Below are positions 16,835 through 26,288 of a stretch of DNA of 64,000 nt, piece after piece. How positions within the stretch are numbered: the stretch's first letter is position 1; every line of letters starts with the position of its first letter. The DNA is taken from positions 2,645-66,644 of IMG/VR virus record IMGVR_UViG_3300014206_000001. One strand, written 5' to 3'. The notes beneath the pieces are model-generated. The model had not been told where the DNA came from and searched no databases. It saw only the letters and a program-made list of their open reading frames with translations. The stretch comes from a virus. Its lineage: Duplodnaviria > Caudoviricetes. The translations under genes were made by a program, and so were the position numbers.

Positions 16835-17824
16835 ATGAAACAGAAAATAGTTATTACAGCAAGAGAAGAGAGATTTATGCAGAAAGCCATCAACTTTCTT
16901 AAAAGTGTAGATGAGAGTGTGGAAAGCAATGGCAACTATAAAGAAAGATTAGTAAACCGAGCAATAAACGGGATGCCATGGTCTAATCACAATTGGGCAT
17001 GGTCATTTCTTTGCTCTGCTGACGAATATAAACAAGCTGGATTTATCCATTTTAGCATGCCGGAAGACTTTGATACATTGAAAGCGATGTATGGGATGGA
17101 AAAAACTATTGAGAACCAAAGAAAAGAATTGAGGAGTTTTAATAATAAAAAGAGAAAAGAAGAGAAACCGCATTTTGTTGCTCGTGTAGATTCTCATTGT
17201 GAGGATGTTTTAAAAAATATTTTTCCTGAGGGAACGGATAAAACAACTTGTACTAGATGTGATATAGATATAGAAGATTATAGAAATCAAATCAACAAAG
17301 CATTTTTTACTCCGAAACTAAATGTAAAGCCTAAAAAAGTAGTCTTCACAAACAGTATTGGTGAACAGTTTACTAAGAAGTATTTGAAAAAGAATAAAGT
17401 TTACTGGGTAATAAAAGAGGGGTTGATTGTTTTTGGTGGACTTATCACTCTTCCATTATATGAAGAAAATAGTTTTTTCTCTGAAATATTCAAGACCGAA
17501 GCATCAGCAGAAACATGGAAGAAAAACTATATTGCAAAGCAGGCGAAAAAAGGCATGAAATGGAATGGGAAAGAATTTGTGGAGATGAAGTTGAGTGAAA
17601 TGGAATATCATGCTAAAGACAGAGAAGATTTGAGGGATGTGATGATGAAGTTGCCTATTGAAATTCTAAACGAAGGATTTAATACCGATATTGTTTATAA
17701 TTTTGTTTCTTTTTCTTGTGGTAGAATAAACAATTTTACAAAAGAATCACATAGCGGTCATAATTTAACAGAAGTAACCAAAGAAGTATTTATTAACGCT
17801 GTAATAAAATATATATGCGAATAA
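16835..17824 (+). CDS. Hypothetical protein sharing a domain with 45190..45921
   Basis: Shared VFTN..GE.FT and SE.FKTE.SAE.WK..Y segments. Confidence 0.7.
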   Translation: MKQKIVITAREERFMQKAINFLKSVDESVESNGNYKERLVNRAINGMPWSNHNWAWSFLCSADEYKQAGFIHFSMPEDFDTLKAMYGMEKTIENQRKELRSFNNKKRKEEKPHFVARVDSHCEDVLKNIFPEGTDKTTCTRCDIDIEDYRNQINKAFFTPKLNVKPKKVVFTNSIGEQFTKKYLKKNKVYWVIKEGLIVFGGLITLPLYEENSFFSEIFKTEASAETWKKNYIAKQAKKGMKWNGKEFVEMKLSEMEYHAKDREDLRDVMMKLPIEILNEGFNTDIVYNFVSFSCGRINNFTKESHSGHNLTEVTKEVFINAVIKYICE

Positions 17825-18126
17825 TAGAAAGAATAAAAAAACTGTTTAAGAAAAAAGAACAGGAAAGAGGAGTAACGGTTGTGGAATTAAAAAACGATAT
17901 GCGAAGAAGCGATATAGTGTGTACTGCTGTATATACTCTTACAAAGACTGCTGATGATGAGAATTACATAAAGCTCCTCAGAAATACAAGTCTGTGTGTA
18001 AGAACAAGACCTCGCAATGATTTTGCAAAGCCACGCAATCCGAACTACATTAACCAAAAGGGTATTACTCCTTGTCGTAATAGGTTAAATAATATGAAGA
18101 AGGATAGGTGTTATGTTGAAAATTAA
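17815..18126 (+). CDS. Hypothetical protein
   Basis: Tiled ORF. Confidence 0.55.
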   Translation: MRIIERIKKLFKKKEQERGVTVVELKNDMRRSDIVCTAVYTLTKTADDENYIKLLRNTSLCVRTRPRNDFAKPRNPNYINQKGITPCRNRLNNMKKDRCYVEN

Positions 18127-18358
18127 AAATAGCATGAATATAGAAAAAGCATTTGTGAAACTAACAGGGGATACTGATAACAGGAATATAGGAAAAATAA
18201 AAGGTACCACCAAATCAGAAGTAAAAAAACTATGTGGAAAAGATTGGAATGAAAAAGCTTGGCAAAGAATGACACGTACTTCAAGAAAATCTAAGAATAG
18301 GATAACAGAAGAATTACCTTTTTTTGATAAAGAACAAAAATTATGGTTTTGGTTTTAA
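18113..18358 (+). CDS. Hypothetical protein
   Basis: Tiled ORF. Confidence 0.55.
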   Translation: MLKIKNSMNIEKAFVKLTGDTDNRNIGKIKGTTKSEVKKLCGKDWNEKAWQRMTRTSRKSKNRITEELPFFDKEQKLWFWF

Positions 18359-18374
18359 TTAAAAAAATAAAAAA

Positions 18375-18557
18375 ATGTATCAAAGAACAATTAATTTAAA
18401 AAAAGGAACGTCTATTAAAATATATACAGCGTTTTGCAATAAGGCTGAAAAAGACGGATGTTTTGTAGCGTGTGGAAGTCCTGACGAGATGTGGATAATG
18501 GTAAGGTTTGAGGACGAGATAAGCTTTAAGGCTTGGATTGTTTCTCTTTGTATATAA
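18375..18557 (+). CDS. Hypothetical protein
   Basis: A-rich leader; tiled ORF. Confidence 0.55.
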   Translation: MYQRTINLKKGTSIKIYTAFCNKAEKDGCFVACGSPDEMWIMVRFEDEISFKAWIVSLCI

Positions 18558-18568
18558 AAAATAATATT

Positions 18569-18838
18569 ATGAAAGCAAAAAAAATAAAAAGACTAAGAGC
18601 CAAATGTGATTGGTACGACGTAGAGGTCATAGGAGGGGGCGTAGGAGTATTTAATCCTTCATGGAGTATGTTTACCCAGGTAATAGCCAAAAGTCCACGA
18701 GAAGCCTGTCTGAGAGCCCGTAGAAGGGGCTATGGTCTTTTCGCTCCTATCCGTGATGAAGTTTTACCAGAATATGCGAATTGGAGAGTTAAATTAAGTC
18801 GGGATATTGATTGTCCACAGAATGTTCAATATTTTTAA
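18569..18838 (+). CDS. Hypothetical protein
   Basis: Tiled ORF (start MKAKK). Confidence 0.55.
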   Translation: MKAKKIKRLRAKCDWYDVEVIGGGVGVFNPSWSMFTQVIAKSPREACLRARRRGYGLFAPIRDEVLPEYANWRVKLSRDIDCPQNVQYF

Positions 18839-18849
18839 AATTATGAAAA

Positions 18850-19248
18850 ATGAAAAACGATAAATCAAAATGGGGTAGCGATGAGTTAATAGGACACGTA
18901 AGAGAAATATTTGACAAACTAAAACACAAAGAATGGGATTGGAAAAGCTTCTATAACGGATGGTTAGAAGGTCGTGTCGATATGTTAAAAATAAAAACAT
19001 ATACAGAAAAAGACATGGATATGGCCTATGATAAAGGCTGGGAAGATGCAAAAAGATGGACTTCTGTAGAAGATGGACTACCTAAAAAAGAAAATGTTAA
19101 TTTTAGCGAAAAAGTTTTAACTAAAAATAGATTTGGGAATGTAGATATTGAAAAATATGATTTTGAAATGGGCTGTTTTACCGGGAAAAGATATGACATG
19201 AAAGAAGATGGAGATGGTCAGGTTTCTGAATGGAGGGAAATATTATGA
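18850..19248 (+). CDS. Hypothetical protein with a DUF551-like WTSVEDGLP C-terminal module
   Basis: RWTSVEDGLP...VSEWREI pattern. Confidence 0.55.
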   Translation: MKNDKSKWGSDELIGHVREIFDKLKHKEWDWKSFYNGWLEGRVDMLKIKTYTEKDMDMAYDKGWEDAKRWTSVEDGLPKKENVNFSEKVLTKNRFGNVDIEKYDFEMGCFTGKRYDMKEDGDGQVSEWREIL

Positions 19249-19568
19249 CAACCAAAGAATTATTAGAATATCATAAAAAATGCTGCGACAAATTAACAAA
19301 AATCATGGAATCAAAGAATCATGATTATGCAGGATTTGACGGTGAAGATCCATTTGCCAACTTCAAATTAGTTGAAAAAATAGGAATTGCCTCAACAGAA
19401 CAGGGATTTCTTACAAGAATGAGTGATAAATTAAGCAGAATTAATAGTTTTGTAAAACAGGGTGTTTTGAACGTTAAAGACGAGAAGATAGAAGATACTT
19501 TGTTAGATTTAGCCAACTATTCGATACTTATGGCTGGGTATATTAAGAGTAAAAAGGATAAAAAATAA
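19245..19568 (+). CDS. DUF1599/Nmad1-like nucleotide-modification-associated protein (all-alpha NTP pyrophosphatase-like)
   Basis: KNHDYAG..DPFANF..RMSDKLSRI..DTLLDLANYSIL. Confidence 0.7.
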   Translation: MTTKELLEYHKKCCDKLTKIMESKNHDYAGFDGEDPFANFKLVEKIGIASTEQGFLTRMSDKLSRINSFVKQGVLNVKDEKIEDTLLDLANYSILMAGYIKSKKDKK

Positions 19569-19574
19569 GTAATT

Positions 19575-19883
19575 ATGGAAAAATTATATTTTGAAAACGA
19601 AGATTCAAATATCTGTATGCCGTTGGGAGACTGTCTTGATAATACAGACGAATTAAAAGAAGTTACATTAATAGAGGCAATACCGGAAAAAGAAAGTATG
19701 TATTGTTTTTGTACAAAAGAATGTGATGTAGTACCAAGAAGCGATTGTAGAAAAGCAGAATGTGATTTATACGAACCAAATAAAAGCGGTAGAGGTGCGT
19801 GTATTCATAGAGGTAAATTATATGGATTTGGAGAAAAGGTTACATTTAATATTGAAAGCGGGAAAAGGATAAAAAATAAGTAA
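19575..19883 (+). CDS. Cys-rich hypothetical protein
   Basis: Many Cys residues; flanked by a 29-bp direct repeat. Confidence 0.65.
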   Translation: MEKLYFENEDSNICMPLGDCLDNTDELKEVTLIEAIPEKESMYCFCTKECDVVPRSDCRKAECDLYEPNKSGRGACIHRGKLYGFGEKVTFNIESGKRIKNK

Positions 19884-19885
19884 TT

Positions 19886-20602
19886 ATGGAAGAACAAAAA
19901 CTGAATTTTAAAGTAAACGAAGACCCTACAATTGTAGTAGTTAGCGAAGATATTGAAAAGAAAGCTATCAAAGCGTGTACTGATTTTAATTTTGTCGCAC
20001 ACGTATTTCTTAGTCATCTTAAAAACAAAAGACTGACAGAGGGTGAAAAGGAAACATATTTGAGTTTGTCTGAAAGCCATATAAGAGCCTTTGTTTCCTT
20101 GTTTGATTATGATAGTGTTTTGAAAAAACAAGCAGAAGAGCGGTATAGCGAAATTAGAATAACCAACGAACAAAACAGAGAATTAAGGAAACAATTAGGT
20201 GGAAAAGTTTCTAACGAAGATTTACGAGAACGATTGAAAATCATAAAAGACGAATTTTATAAATGGTGGAGCATATATGGTTTTGGACATTGTAGTGATG
20301 GTGTTTTTAATGGATATATGTTTGAGACTAAATTATCAGGATATGTTTATGGCAGCCATTACGATGAGCGTGAATCAGAAAAAGAAAAAGTAGAAATGCT
20401 GAGGGGTCATGGTTTTGAAATTGACGATAGCGATGGGTGTTCCGTAATTTCTTCTGACAATAATATAAGATTGCTCAAAAATCTTTTAGAGGGAAAATAT
20501 GCAAGTGTAAAGATAGGTGAGATAAAATCTACTTATTATAATAATAGGAATCAAATCAGAGATATAAAAATATCCATAAGCGATTTTAATGACTTTGATT
20601 AA
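19886..20602 (+). CDS. Hypothetical protein
   Basis: 238 aa tiled ORF. Confidence 0.7.
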   Translation: MEEQKLNFKVNEDPTIVVVSEDIEKKAIKACTDFNFVAHVFLSHLKNKRLTEGEKETYLSLSESHIRAFVSLFDYDSVLKKQAEERYSEIRITNEQNRELRKQLGGKVSNEDLRERLKIIKDEFYKWWSIYGFGHCSDGVFNGYMFETKLSGYVYGSHYDERESEKEKVEMLRGHGFEIDDSDGCSVISSDNNIRLLKNLLEGKYASVKIGEIKSTYYNNRNQIRDIKISISDFNDFD

Positions 20603-20612
20603 GAACAAAACG

Positions 20613-20810
20613 ATGGAAGAACCAAAAGGAATAAATATAAACGGAATCACATGGTACTCTGCTGAGGAAATAGCATTATTACTTGACAAAACACCTGAGA
20701 CTATCAGGTTATGGGTAAAAAGTGGTAAAATAATAAAAAAGCGAGTTCGTGGTTTTAAATCTTACAGACCAACTAAAGATATAGTTGTAGTTAAAGCATA
20801 TAAAGTATGA
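20613..20810 (+). CDS. Excisionase/MerR-like helix-turn-helix protein
   Basis: WYSAEEIALLLDKTPETIRLWVKSGKI. Confidence 0.75.
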   Translation: MEEPKGININGITWYSAEEIALLLDKTPETIRLWVKSGKIIKKRVRGFKSYRPTKDIVVVKAYKV

Positions 20811-22258
20811 ATTATAAAGATTCGTTAGAATTTATATGCGAAAAAATCCCTGATGCCATGCACGGAGAAGGGGCAGCAGATTCACGTGTAAATTCATTGA
20901 AAGAAGCTAAAATGGCTACTGCTATTGCAATTGCTATGCAAAATGGAAATTTCCGGAAAGGAGATAATACCCTGTATATGTATGATGGATTAAAGTACCA
21001 GAAACTTGATACACAGTCTATTAAATCATTAATATGTGAGATATTAGTGAACATAAAGGTAGGGGTGGTTTACCAGGTAAATTCTGTAGATAAGATATTC
21101 AAGCGTATTTTAAATGATATGCACATACAGGAATTTAAGCCATCTAAAACTGTTATTAGTTTTCGCAATAGAGTTCTTGACCTGAAAACTATGAAAATAC
21201 ATCCTCACGAACAACGATGGATGACACGTATTTTTCTTGACATAGATTACGATCCTTTAGCTGGATGTCCATTATGGAAAAAAACTTTGGCAGACATAAT
21301 CTGCAATGAAGATCTGGTTAAGGTACTACAGGAGTTTTTAGGGCTGACATTTGTTGATAGAGATGAATTAAACGTTGAAGCTTGTCTATTTTTGTATGGT
21401 AGTGGTGCAAATGGTAAGAGTGTAGTAGAAACTACAATCCGTAATCTTCTTGGTGAGAACTGTTCTTCTCATGAGATTTCTCAGCTATGTACGAGTAGTG
21501 ATTCTGATTATTATACTGCTATTGCTGATGGGAAATTATTAAATTTTGCTCCGGATATGGGCGATAAAGATTTTTCAGGCGGTAGATTTAAGGCAATAGT
21601 CAGTCATCAGCCAATTATGGTACGACCTATCGGAATGGCTCCATTCGAGGCTAAGGATATGCCATTACTTGCTGCCTGTGTGAACAAAATGCCTATTACT
21701 ACTGATTCATCAAATGGTTATTGGCGAAGAAATAAAATCATAGAATTTACCAAAACATTCAAGGAAGCAGATCAAGATAAGATGCTGAAAAGTAAACTAA
21801 AAGCAGAGATGAGCGGTATTTTCAATTGGATAATGGAGGGTCGTGCGAGAATCATAAAACAAAAAGGACAATTTACCAACTCTGAAAAAATGGAAGAAGT
21901 AATAAAAAGAGTAAGGGTTGAATCAAGTAGTGTTCTTTCTTTTTTAAAAGAGAAAGGGTACACAGGCTTTCTTACTGAAAATCAAAGAGGAGTAGAGGTT
22001 AAAATGCACAGTGTTACTTTGATGGAAGAATATTTAGAGTATTGCAAAACATGGCGAAATTCTCCGAAGTCAAGGTCTAATCTGAAATTTGATTTATTAC
22101 AAGTAGGTTTCCAATATCGTGAAAAAATGAGAGTAGATTACAAAGTTTCCAATGGTTTTGTTTTTTACAAAATAGAAGAAGAAGAAGAAGGAACTTTCGG
22201 AGATGAGGATGTTCAAGGGAAAGAAGATAAAGAATTTGATGGAGAACTACCATTCTAA
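20807..22258 (+). CDS. D5/P4-family SF3 replicative helicase
   Basis: D5_N-like FRNRVLDL, Walker A GSGANGKS, and TTDSSNGYWRRNKIIEF. Confidence 0.9.
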   Translation: MNYKDSLEFICEKIPDAMHGEGAADSRVNSLKEAKMATAIAIAMQNGNFRKGDNTLYMYDGLKYQKLDTQSIKSLICEILVNIKVGVVYQVNSVDKIFKRILNDMHIQEFKPSKTVISFRNRVLDLKTMKIHPHEQRWMTRIFLDIDYDPLAGCPLWKKTLADIICNEDLVKVLQEFLGLTFVDRDELNVEACLFLYGSGANGKSVVETTIRNLLGENCSSHEISQLCTSSDSDYYTAIADGKLLNFAPDMGDKDFSGGRFKAIVSHQPIMVRPIGMAPFEAKDMPLLAACVNKMPITTDSSNGYWRRNKIIEFTKTFKEADQDKMLKSKLKAEMSGIFNWIMEGRARIIKQKGQFTNSEKMEEVIKRVRVESSSVLSFLKEKGYTGFLTENQRGVEVKMHSVTLMEEYLEYCKTWRNSPKSRSNLKFDLLQVGFQYREKMRVDYKVSNGFVFYKIEEEEEGTFGDEDVQGKEDKEFDGELPF

Positions 22259-22270
22259 AATATAACAATT

Positions 22271-22672
22271 ATGAAAAAGAAAACAATAATACACGAATTT
22301 GATCCAGTAATTTATCCCGTAAAATTATGGGTATGTATAACAACCAATTTTGAGCCTTTGAAAGAGAGGTTTTATGATTCTGAAGGGAAAACAGAATTGG
22401 ATTTGGAAGATTTAAAAGATGCGGCAGCAGCTATAACTTGCAGAGTGGTTTCTAAAGAACATAATGATGTTGGAATATTAATAGTTTTTACTCTTCATAA
22501 ATATACAGACACTGAAAGAATTACGCATGAAGCCGCACACGCTGTAGATTTTGTATGGGAATATATAAAAGAGGATACTCCTAGTCCGGAAGCTAATGCT
22601 TATTTGTCCGGATGGATAGCTAAATGTTGCTGGGAAGTTAAAACAGGAAAAGGGATGAAACATCATGACTGA
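22271..22672 (+). CDS. HEXXH putative metallopeptidase
   Basis: ITHEAAHAV followed by EANAYL. Confidence 0.55.
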   Translation: MKKKTIIHEFDPVIYPVKLWVCITTNFEPLKERFYDSEGKTELDLEDLKDAAAAITCRVVSKEHNDVGILIVFTLHKYTDTERITHEAAHAVDFVWEYIKEDTPSPEANAYLSGWIAKCCWEVKTGKGMKHHD

Positions 22673-23600
22673 CCAAATAGACTACGACAAAGTATTTGAA
22701 ATCTTGCCTGAAATTATGGGATTTTCTTTAACGAGATATAGAAACAGGTGGATTTCAAATAGAAGAATAAATGGAGAGATACACCATAGGTTTGATAAAT
22801 TATCATGCAGAAAAGTAAAAAATGGTATTCAGATATTGGAACAGGGTGGTGAAAAATTGACACTATTTAATTGGATGGTGAAATATGGCGGCTGTGCAAC
22901 ACGGAAGGATGCCTATGACGCACTTATTAAACAAAATGGTAGAAATGTATTAATTATTCCAGAAACGCCACCAGAGCCTTTAAAATACGTTTCAAAGATA
23001 TATGTAAAAAAATCTATTTACTACAGAAAACATAATGGTGATATTTTATATAAATGGCTTTGCAAAAAGATAGATAGATTTAAAGTAGCTGTAGTTTTCG
23101 ATGAATATTGTGTAGGTTCCACATTAATGCCTAAATTTAAAGTTCCTGCTACTGTTTTTTGGTATGTAAATGAAAAAGGGAGAATATTTTATGATAAACT
23201 AATTGCATATAGAGACAATGGACATAGACGAAAAGATTGTTCTGCGAATAGGTGTTTTAGAACATATTCAGGATTCAGAGGTAGATGTTTATTTGGATCT
23301 CACCTATTAAAAAAAAGAAAACCTAATCAACGAGTAATAGTAGTTGAGAGTGAGAAAACAGCATTGATGGCTAAGATGTGTTTTAGAAATGAAATATGGT
23401 TAGCTACCGGTGGGAAAACTTATCTCAGGAAAGAAGATATAAAAGATGATTACACTTTGATTGCAGATATTGATGCTTGGGATGATTGGCATAAAAAGTT
23501 TCCCAATCAATGTCCACAATGGTGGAAATCATTTCCGGAATGGAAACATAAGAAAACAGATGATTTTGGAGATTACTTGGAATGGAGATTAAACAAATAA
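22665..23600 (+). CDS. Toprim-type primase-like protein (DUF6371-like)
   Basis: CLFGSHLL..VIVVESEKTAL..WLATGG..DIDA..DDFGDY. Confidence 0.7.
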   Translation: MTDQIDYDKVFEILPEIMGFSLTRYRNRWISNRRINGEIHHRFDKLSCRKVKNGIQILEQGGEKLTLFNWMVKYGGCATRKDAYDALIKQNGRNVLIIPETPPEPLKYVSKIYVKKSIYYRKHNGDILYKWLCKKIDRFKVAVVFDEYCVGSTLMPKFKVPATVFWYVNEKGRIFYDKLIAYRDNGHRRKDCSANRCFRTYSGFRGRCLFGSHLLKKRKPNQRVIVVESEKTALMAKMCFRNEIWLATGGKTYLRKEDIKDDYTLIADIDAWDDWHKKFPNQCPQWWKSFPEWKHKKTDDFGDYLEWRLNK

Positions 23601-23602
23601 AT

Positions 23603-24310
23603 ATGAAGTACATGGGAAGTAAAAGGCGTATAGCAAAATATATACTGCCTATAATTTTAAAAGACAGAAAACCAGATCAATGGTACGTAGAACCGTTTGT
23701 TGGCGGTGCTAATATGATTGATAAGGTTGGGGGTAATAGGATTGGGGCTGATAACAATAAGTATTTGATTGCTTTATTAAAGCATTGTTCTGAAGGAAAA
23801 TCTAAAGAATTATCAGACTACATAACCGAAGAAGAATATAATCACATAAAAAACAATAAGGAAAAATATTCCATGGTTGAAGTTGCACATTGTGGATTTA
23901 ATTCTTCTTTTGGAGCTAAGTGGTTTGGTGGGTATACTAGAGCTAGGAAGAATGGGTGGAATAGAGATGTTATTTGCGGTAAGAATTTATTAATTAAACA
24001 AATGAACAATTTAGCTGGAGTACATTTTATTAATACTACTTATCAAAAATTAGATATACCCAAAAATAGTATAATTTATTGTGATCCACCATATCAAAAC
24101 ACAACAAAATATAAGACAGGAGATTTTAACCACGCTGAATTTTGGCAATGGTGTAGAGAAAAAACAACCGAAGGGCACAAAGTATTTATAAGTGAATATA
24201 ACGCTCCGGATGATTTTGAATGTATTTGGGAAAAACAAATCTCAAACACTCTTGCTAATAAAAGTCATAATAAGAAGCCAGTTGAAAAATTATTTAAACT
24301 AAGACAATGA
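23603..24310 (+). CDS. DNA adenine methyltransferase (Dam/D12 class)
   Basis: KYMGSK, YVEPFVGGA, IYCDPPY, VFISEY. Confidence 0.9.
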   Translation: MKYMGSKRRIAKYILPIILKDRKPDQWYVEPFVGGANMIDKVGGNRIGADNNKYLIALLKHCSEGKSKELSDYITEEEYNHIKNNKEKYSMVEVAHCGFNSSFGAKWFGGYTRARKNGWNRDVICGKNLLIKQMNNLAGVHFINTTYQKLDIPKNSIIYCDPPYQNTTKYKTGDFNHAEFWQWCREKTTEGHKVFISEYNAPDDFECIWEKQISNTLANKSHNKKPVEKLFKLRQ

Positions 24311-24747
24311 AATCACCCTACAAAAACCCAATAAACAAAGTAGAAGCAAAGTTTCAGACAAAATGTGTCCTATGGTATCGAAACATATGGTATCAGAACC
24401 TTCACAATTTATTTGCAGTTTTTAACGAAGGGATAGATGTTAATACAAAAAATTCTATGGGCATGGTTCCGGGAGTTTCGGATTTACTTTATTATGAATC
24501 ATGGAAACGTGGACTATTAGGTCTTGAATGTAAATCTCCCGGAATGTCCCATAGTGTAGCAAAACTGATAAGACAGGCTAAATGGATAATAGATGTTTGT
24601 GATGGTGGAGGCTTTTTTGATGACTACGAGCAATTTCAAAGAATTATAAAAGGTGAAAATTGCTGGATAGACCCTAAAAAAGTATTAGCATTTTGTGAAC
24701 ATACGAATAAAAAAACAATAATATGGAATCGTGAAATTTTTAAATAA
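24307..24747 (+). CDS. VRR-NUC-like PD-(D/E)xK nuclease
   Basis: EAKFQ..GMVPGVSDL..GLECKSP..RQAKW. Confidence 0.7.
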   Translation: MKSPYKNPINKVEAKFQTKCVLWYRNIWYQNLHNLFAVFNEGIDVNTKNSMGMVPGVSDLLYYESWKRGLLGLECKSPGMSHSVAKLIRQAKWIIDVCDGGGFFDDYEQFQRIIKGENCWIDPKKVLAFCEHTNKKTIIWNREIFK

Positions 24748-24754
24748 TAGATAA

Positions 24755-25363
24755 ATGAAAAAACCATTAGTATTACCAACGCCCCCAGCAAATACGCTGT
24801 GGACTTTAACAAAAAGGGATAAAATGTTCTTGGACTTGACACTCCTATATTCAATACCAAATGTAGAATGTTATCAGATGATTTTTGGTGAGAAATTCAC
24901 TAAAACTAAAGCAAGACAATTATCTTCTGCTGTATATACATCTATGGATGGTGCTGATTATCTCAGTAAAAGAAGAAAACAAATAGAAGATTATTTTTGG
25001 CCGGAGAAAGAAGAAGAAGGTGATGTACCGAAAAATAGTGACGGATTCTCTAAAAACTTCGTTCCGGATGTTATCAAAAAAATGGAGACTATCATAAAAA
25101 ATCCTAACGATCCAAATTATTTTGATGCTATGAAGATTGCACTTCAAAAAGTATTAAAAGATATGGACGTCAATAAAAGCGTAGAAGGCCCGAAAAGATA
25201 CCTTCCTGTAGTACCATGTGAGAAATGCAGGTACAGATTGTTTATAGAAAAAGAAGTGGAGGACGAATGTGAGATATGCAAGTATAAAGCATATGGAGAA
25301 AAACACGGACTTCATTATGATTATAAAACACAGTTGGATTATAAAAAGGAAGAAAAAGAATAA
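24755..25363 (+). CDS. Hypothetical protein, possible terminase small subunit
   Basis: N-terminal LTKRDKMF..Y..ARQLSS..YLSKRRKQI resembles a TerS HTH; C-terminal CxxC..CxxC. Confidence 0.35.
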   Translation: MKKPLVLPTPPANTLWTLTKRDKMFLDLTLLYSIPNVECYQMIFGEKFTKTKARQLSSAVYTSMDGADYLSKRRKQIEDYFWPEKEEEGDVPKNSDGFSKNFVPDVIKKMETIIKNPNDPNYFDAMKIALQKVLKDMDVNKSVEGPKRYLPVVPCEKCRYRLFIEKEVEDECEICKYKAYGEKHGLHYDYKTQLDYKKEEKE

Positions 25364-25367
25364 AACA

Positions 25368-25398
25368 TTTGTTTATATGTAAATGTTTAGTATATTTG
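25368..25398 (+). promoter_or_regulatory. Bacteroidota promoter for the nrd region
   Basis: TTTG-N19-TATATTTG. Confidence 0.8.
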
Positions 25399-25433
25399 CA
25401 ATGTAGTTAATTATATAAATTTAAAAACACATT

Positions 25434-25619
25434 ATGGAAAATGAAACTTTTGCTCAGAAATTAGACAGTCTTTTAAAAGAAAGAGGCGTCACAAAAAGAT
25501 GGTTATCAAATACCTTGCCTATGTTGTATGATACGTTGATGTACAAGTTTAGGCATGACAGGTTCACTGAAATAGAGAAGAAGTATATTCGGATTGTTTT
25601 AAGGGTGGAGGAAGAATAA
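25434..25619 (+). CDS. Small XRE/Cro-like HTH protein
   Basis: KLDSLLKERGVTKRWLSNTL..TLMYK. Confidence 0.6.
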   Translation: MENETFAQKLDSLLKERGVTKRWLSNTLPMLYDTLMYKFRHDRFTEIEKKYIRIVLRVEEE

Positions 25620-25621
25620 TT

Positions 25622-25924
25622 ATGGAAACCCTAACACAAGTATCAAAAGAAGTAAACAGAATCTTAGGAGAAGGGATTAGTATATTACCCAATAGTCCTA
25701 TTCATGAAAGATTGAACCGTGCGATAAAAGCAGAGATAACAATTGATGAAAAAATAAGACTTTTAAATATCGCCAATAAGTATAGGGCTGACATACCAAG
25801 ATTAATGGATGTTTATGAAAATGTAAAAAATAGAGGCGATATTTATGCAACAGACCTTAGAGAATTAAATTCTATTGGATTGCCTACTTGCAGTTTTAAG
25901 GAGATTTTTAAGGATAAACCATGA
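25622..25924 (+). CDS. Hypothetical protein
   Basis: Tiled ORF. Confidence 0.6.
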   Translation: METLTQVSKEVNRILGEGISILPNSPIHERLNRAIKAEITIDEKIRLLNIANKYRADIPRLMDVYENVKNRGDIYATDLRELNSIGLPTCSFKEIFKDKP

Positions 25925-26053
25925 GTAATCAGCAATCCAAGATAGTTCCAACGTCCAGAGTATATACGACGATAACTGAACTACAAAGCAAGGGTAAAAC
26001 AATACAGCACGTGTATAATGACGGGACTTATCAAACAATAATAATTTATACTG

Positions 26054-26275
26054 ATGGAAATTAAGAAAGAATATGTGTCAGGAATATCAATGGCTGATTG
26101 TGATATACGCAAGTATAAATTGACAATAATGAACGGAGTAAAAAGGGGCAAATCTTTCATTCAAGAAGTTTTTATTCCAAGGATTAGTGAGTTTGAATAT
26201 GGAGAGACAAAAGCCACATACAATGTTAATGGCAAGGAGTATAAAAACGCCACTGACGCATTTAAAATGTTATAA
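26054..26275 (+). CDS. Hypothetical protein
   Basis: Tiled ORF. Confidence 0.55.
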   Translation: MEIKKEYVSGISMADCDIRKYKLTIMNGVKRGKSFIQEVFIPRISEFEYGETKATYNVNGKEYKNATDAFKML

Positions 26276-26288
26276 CCAAAATAAAAAA

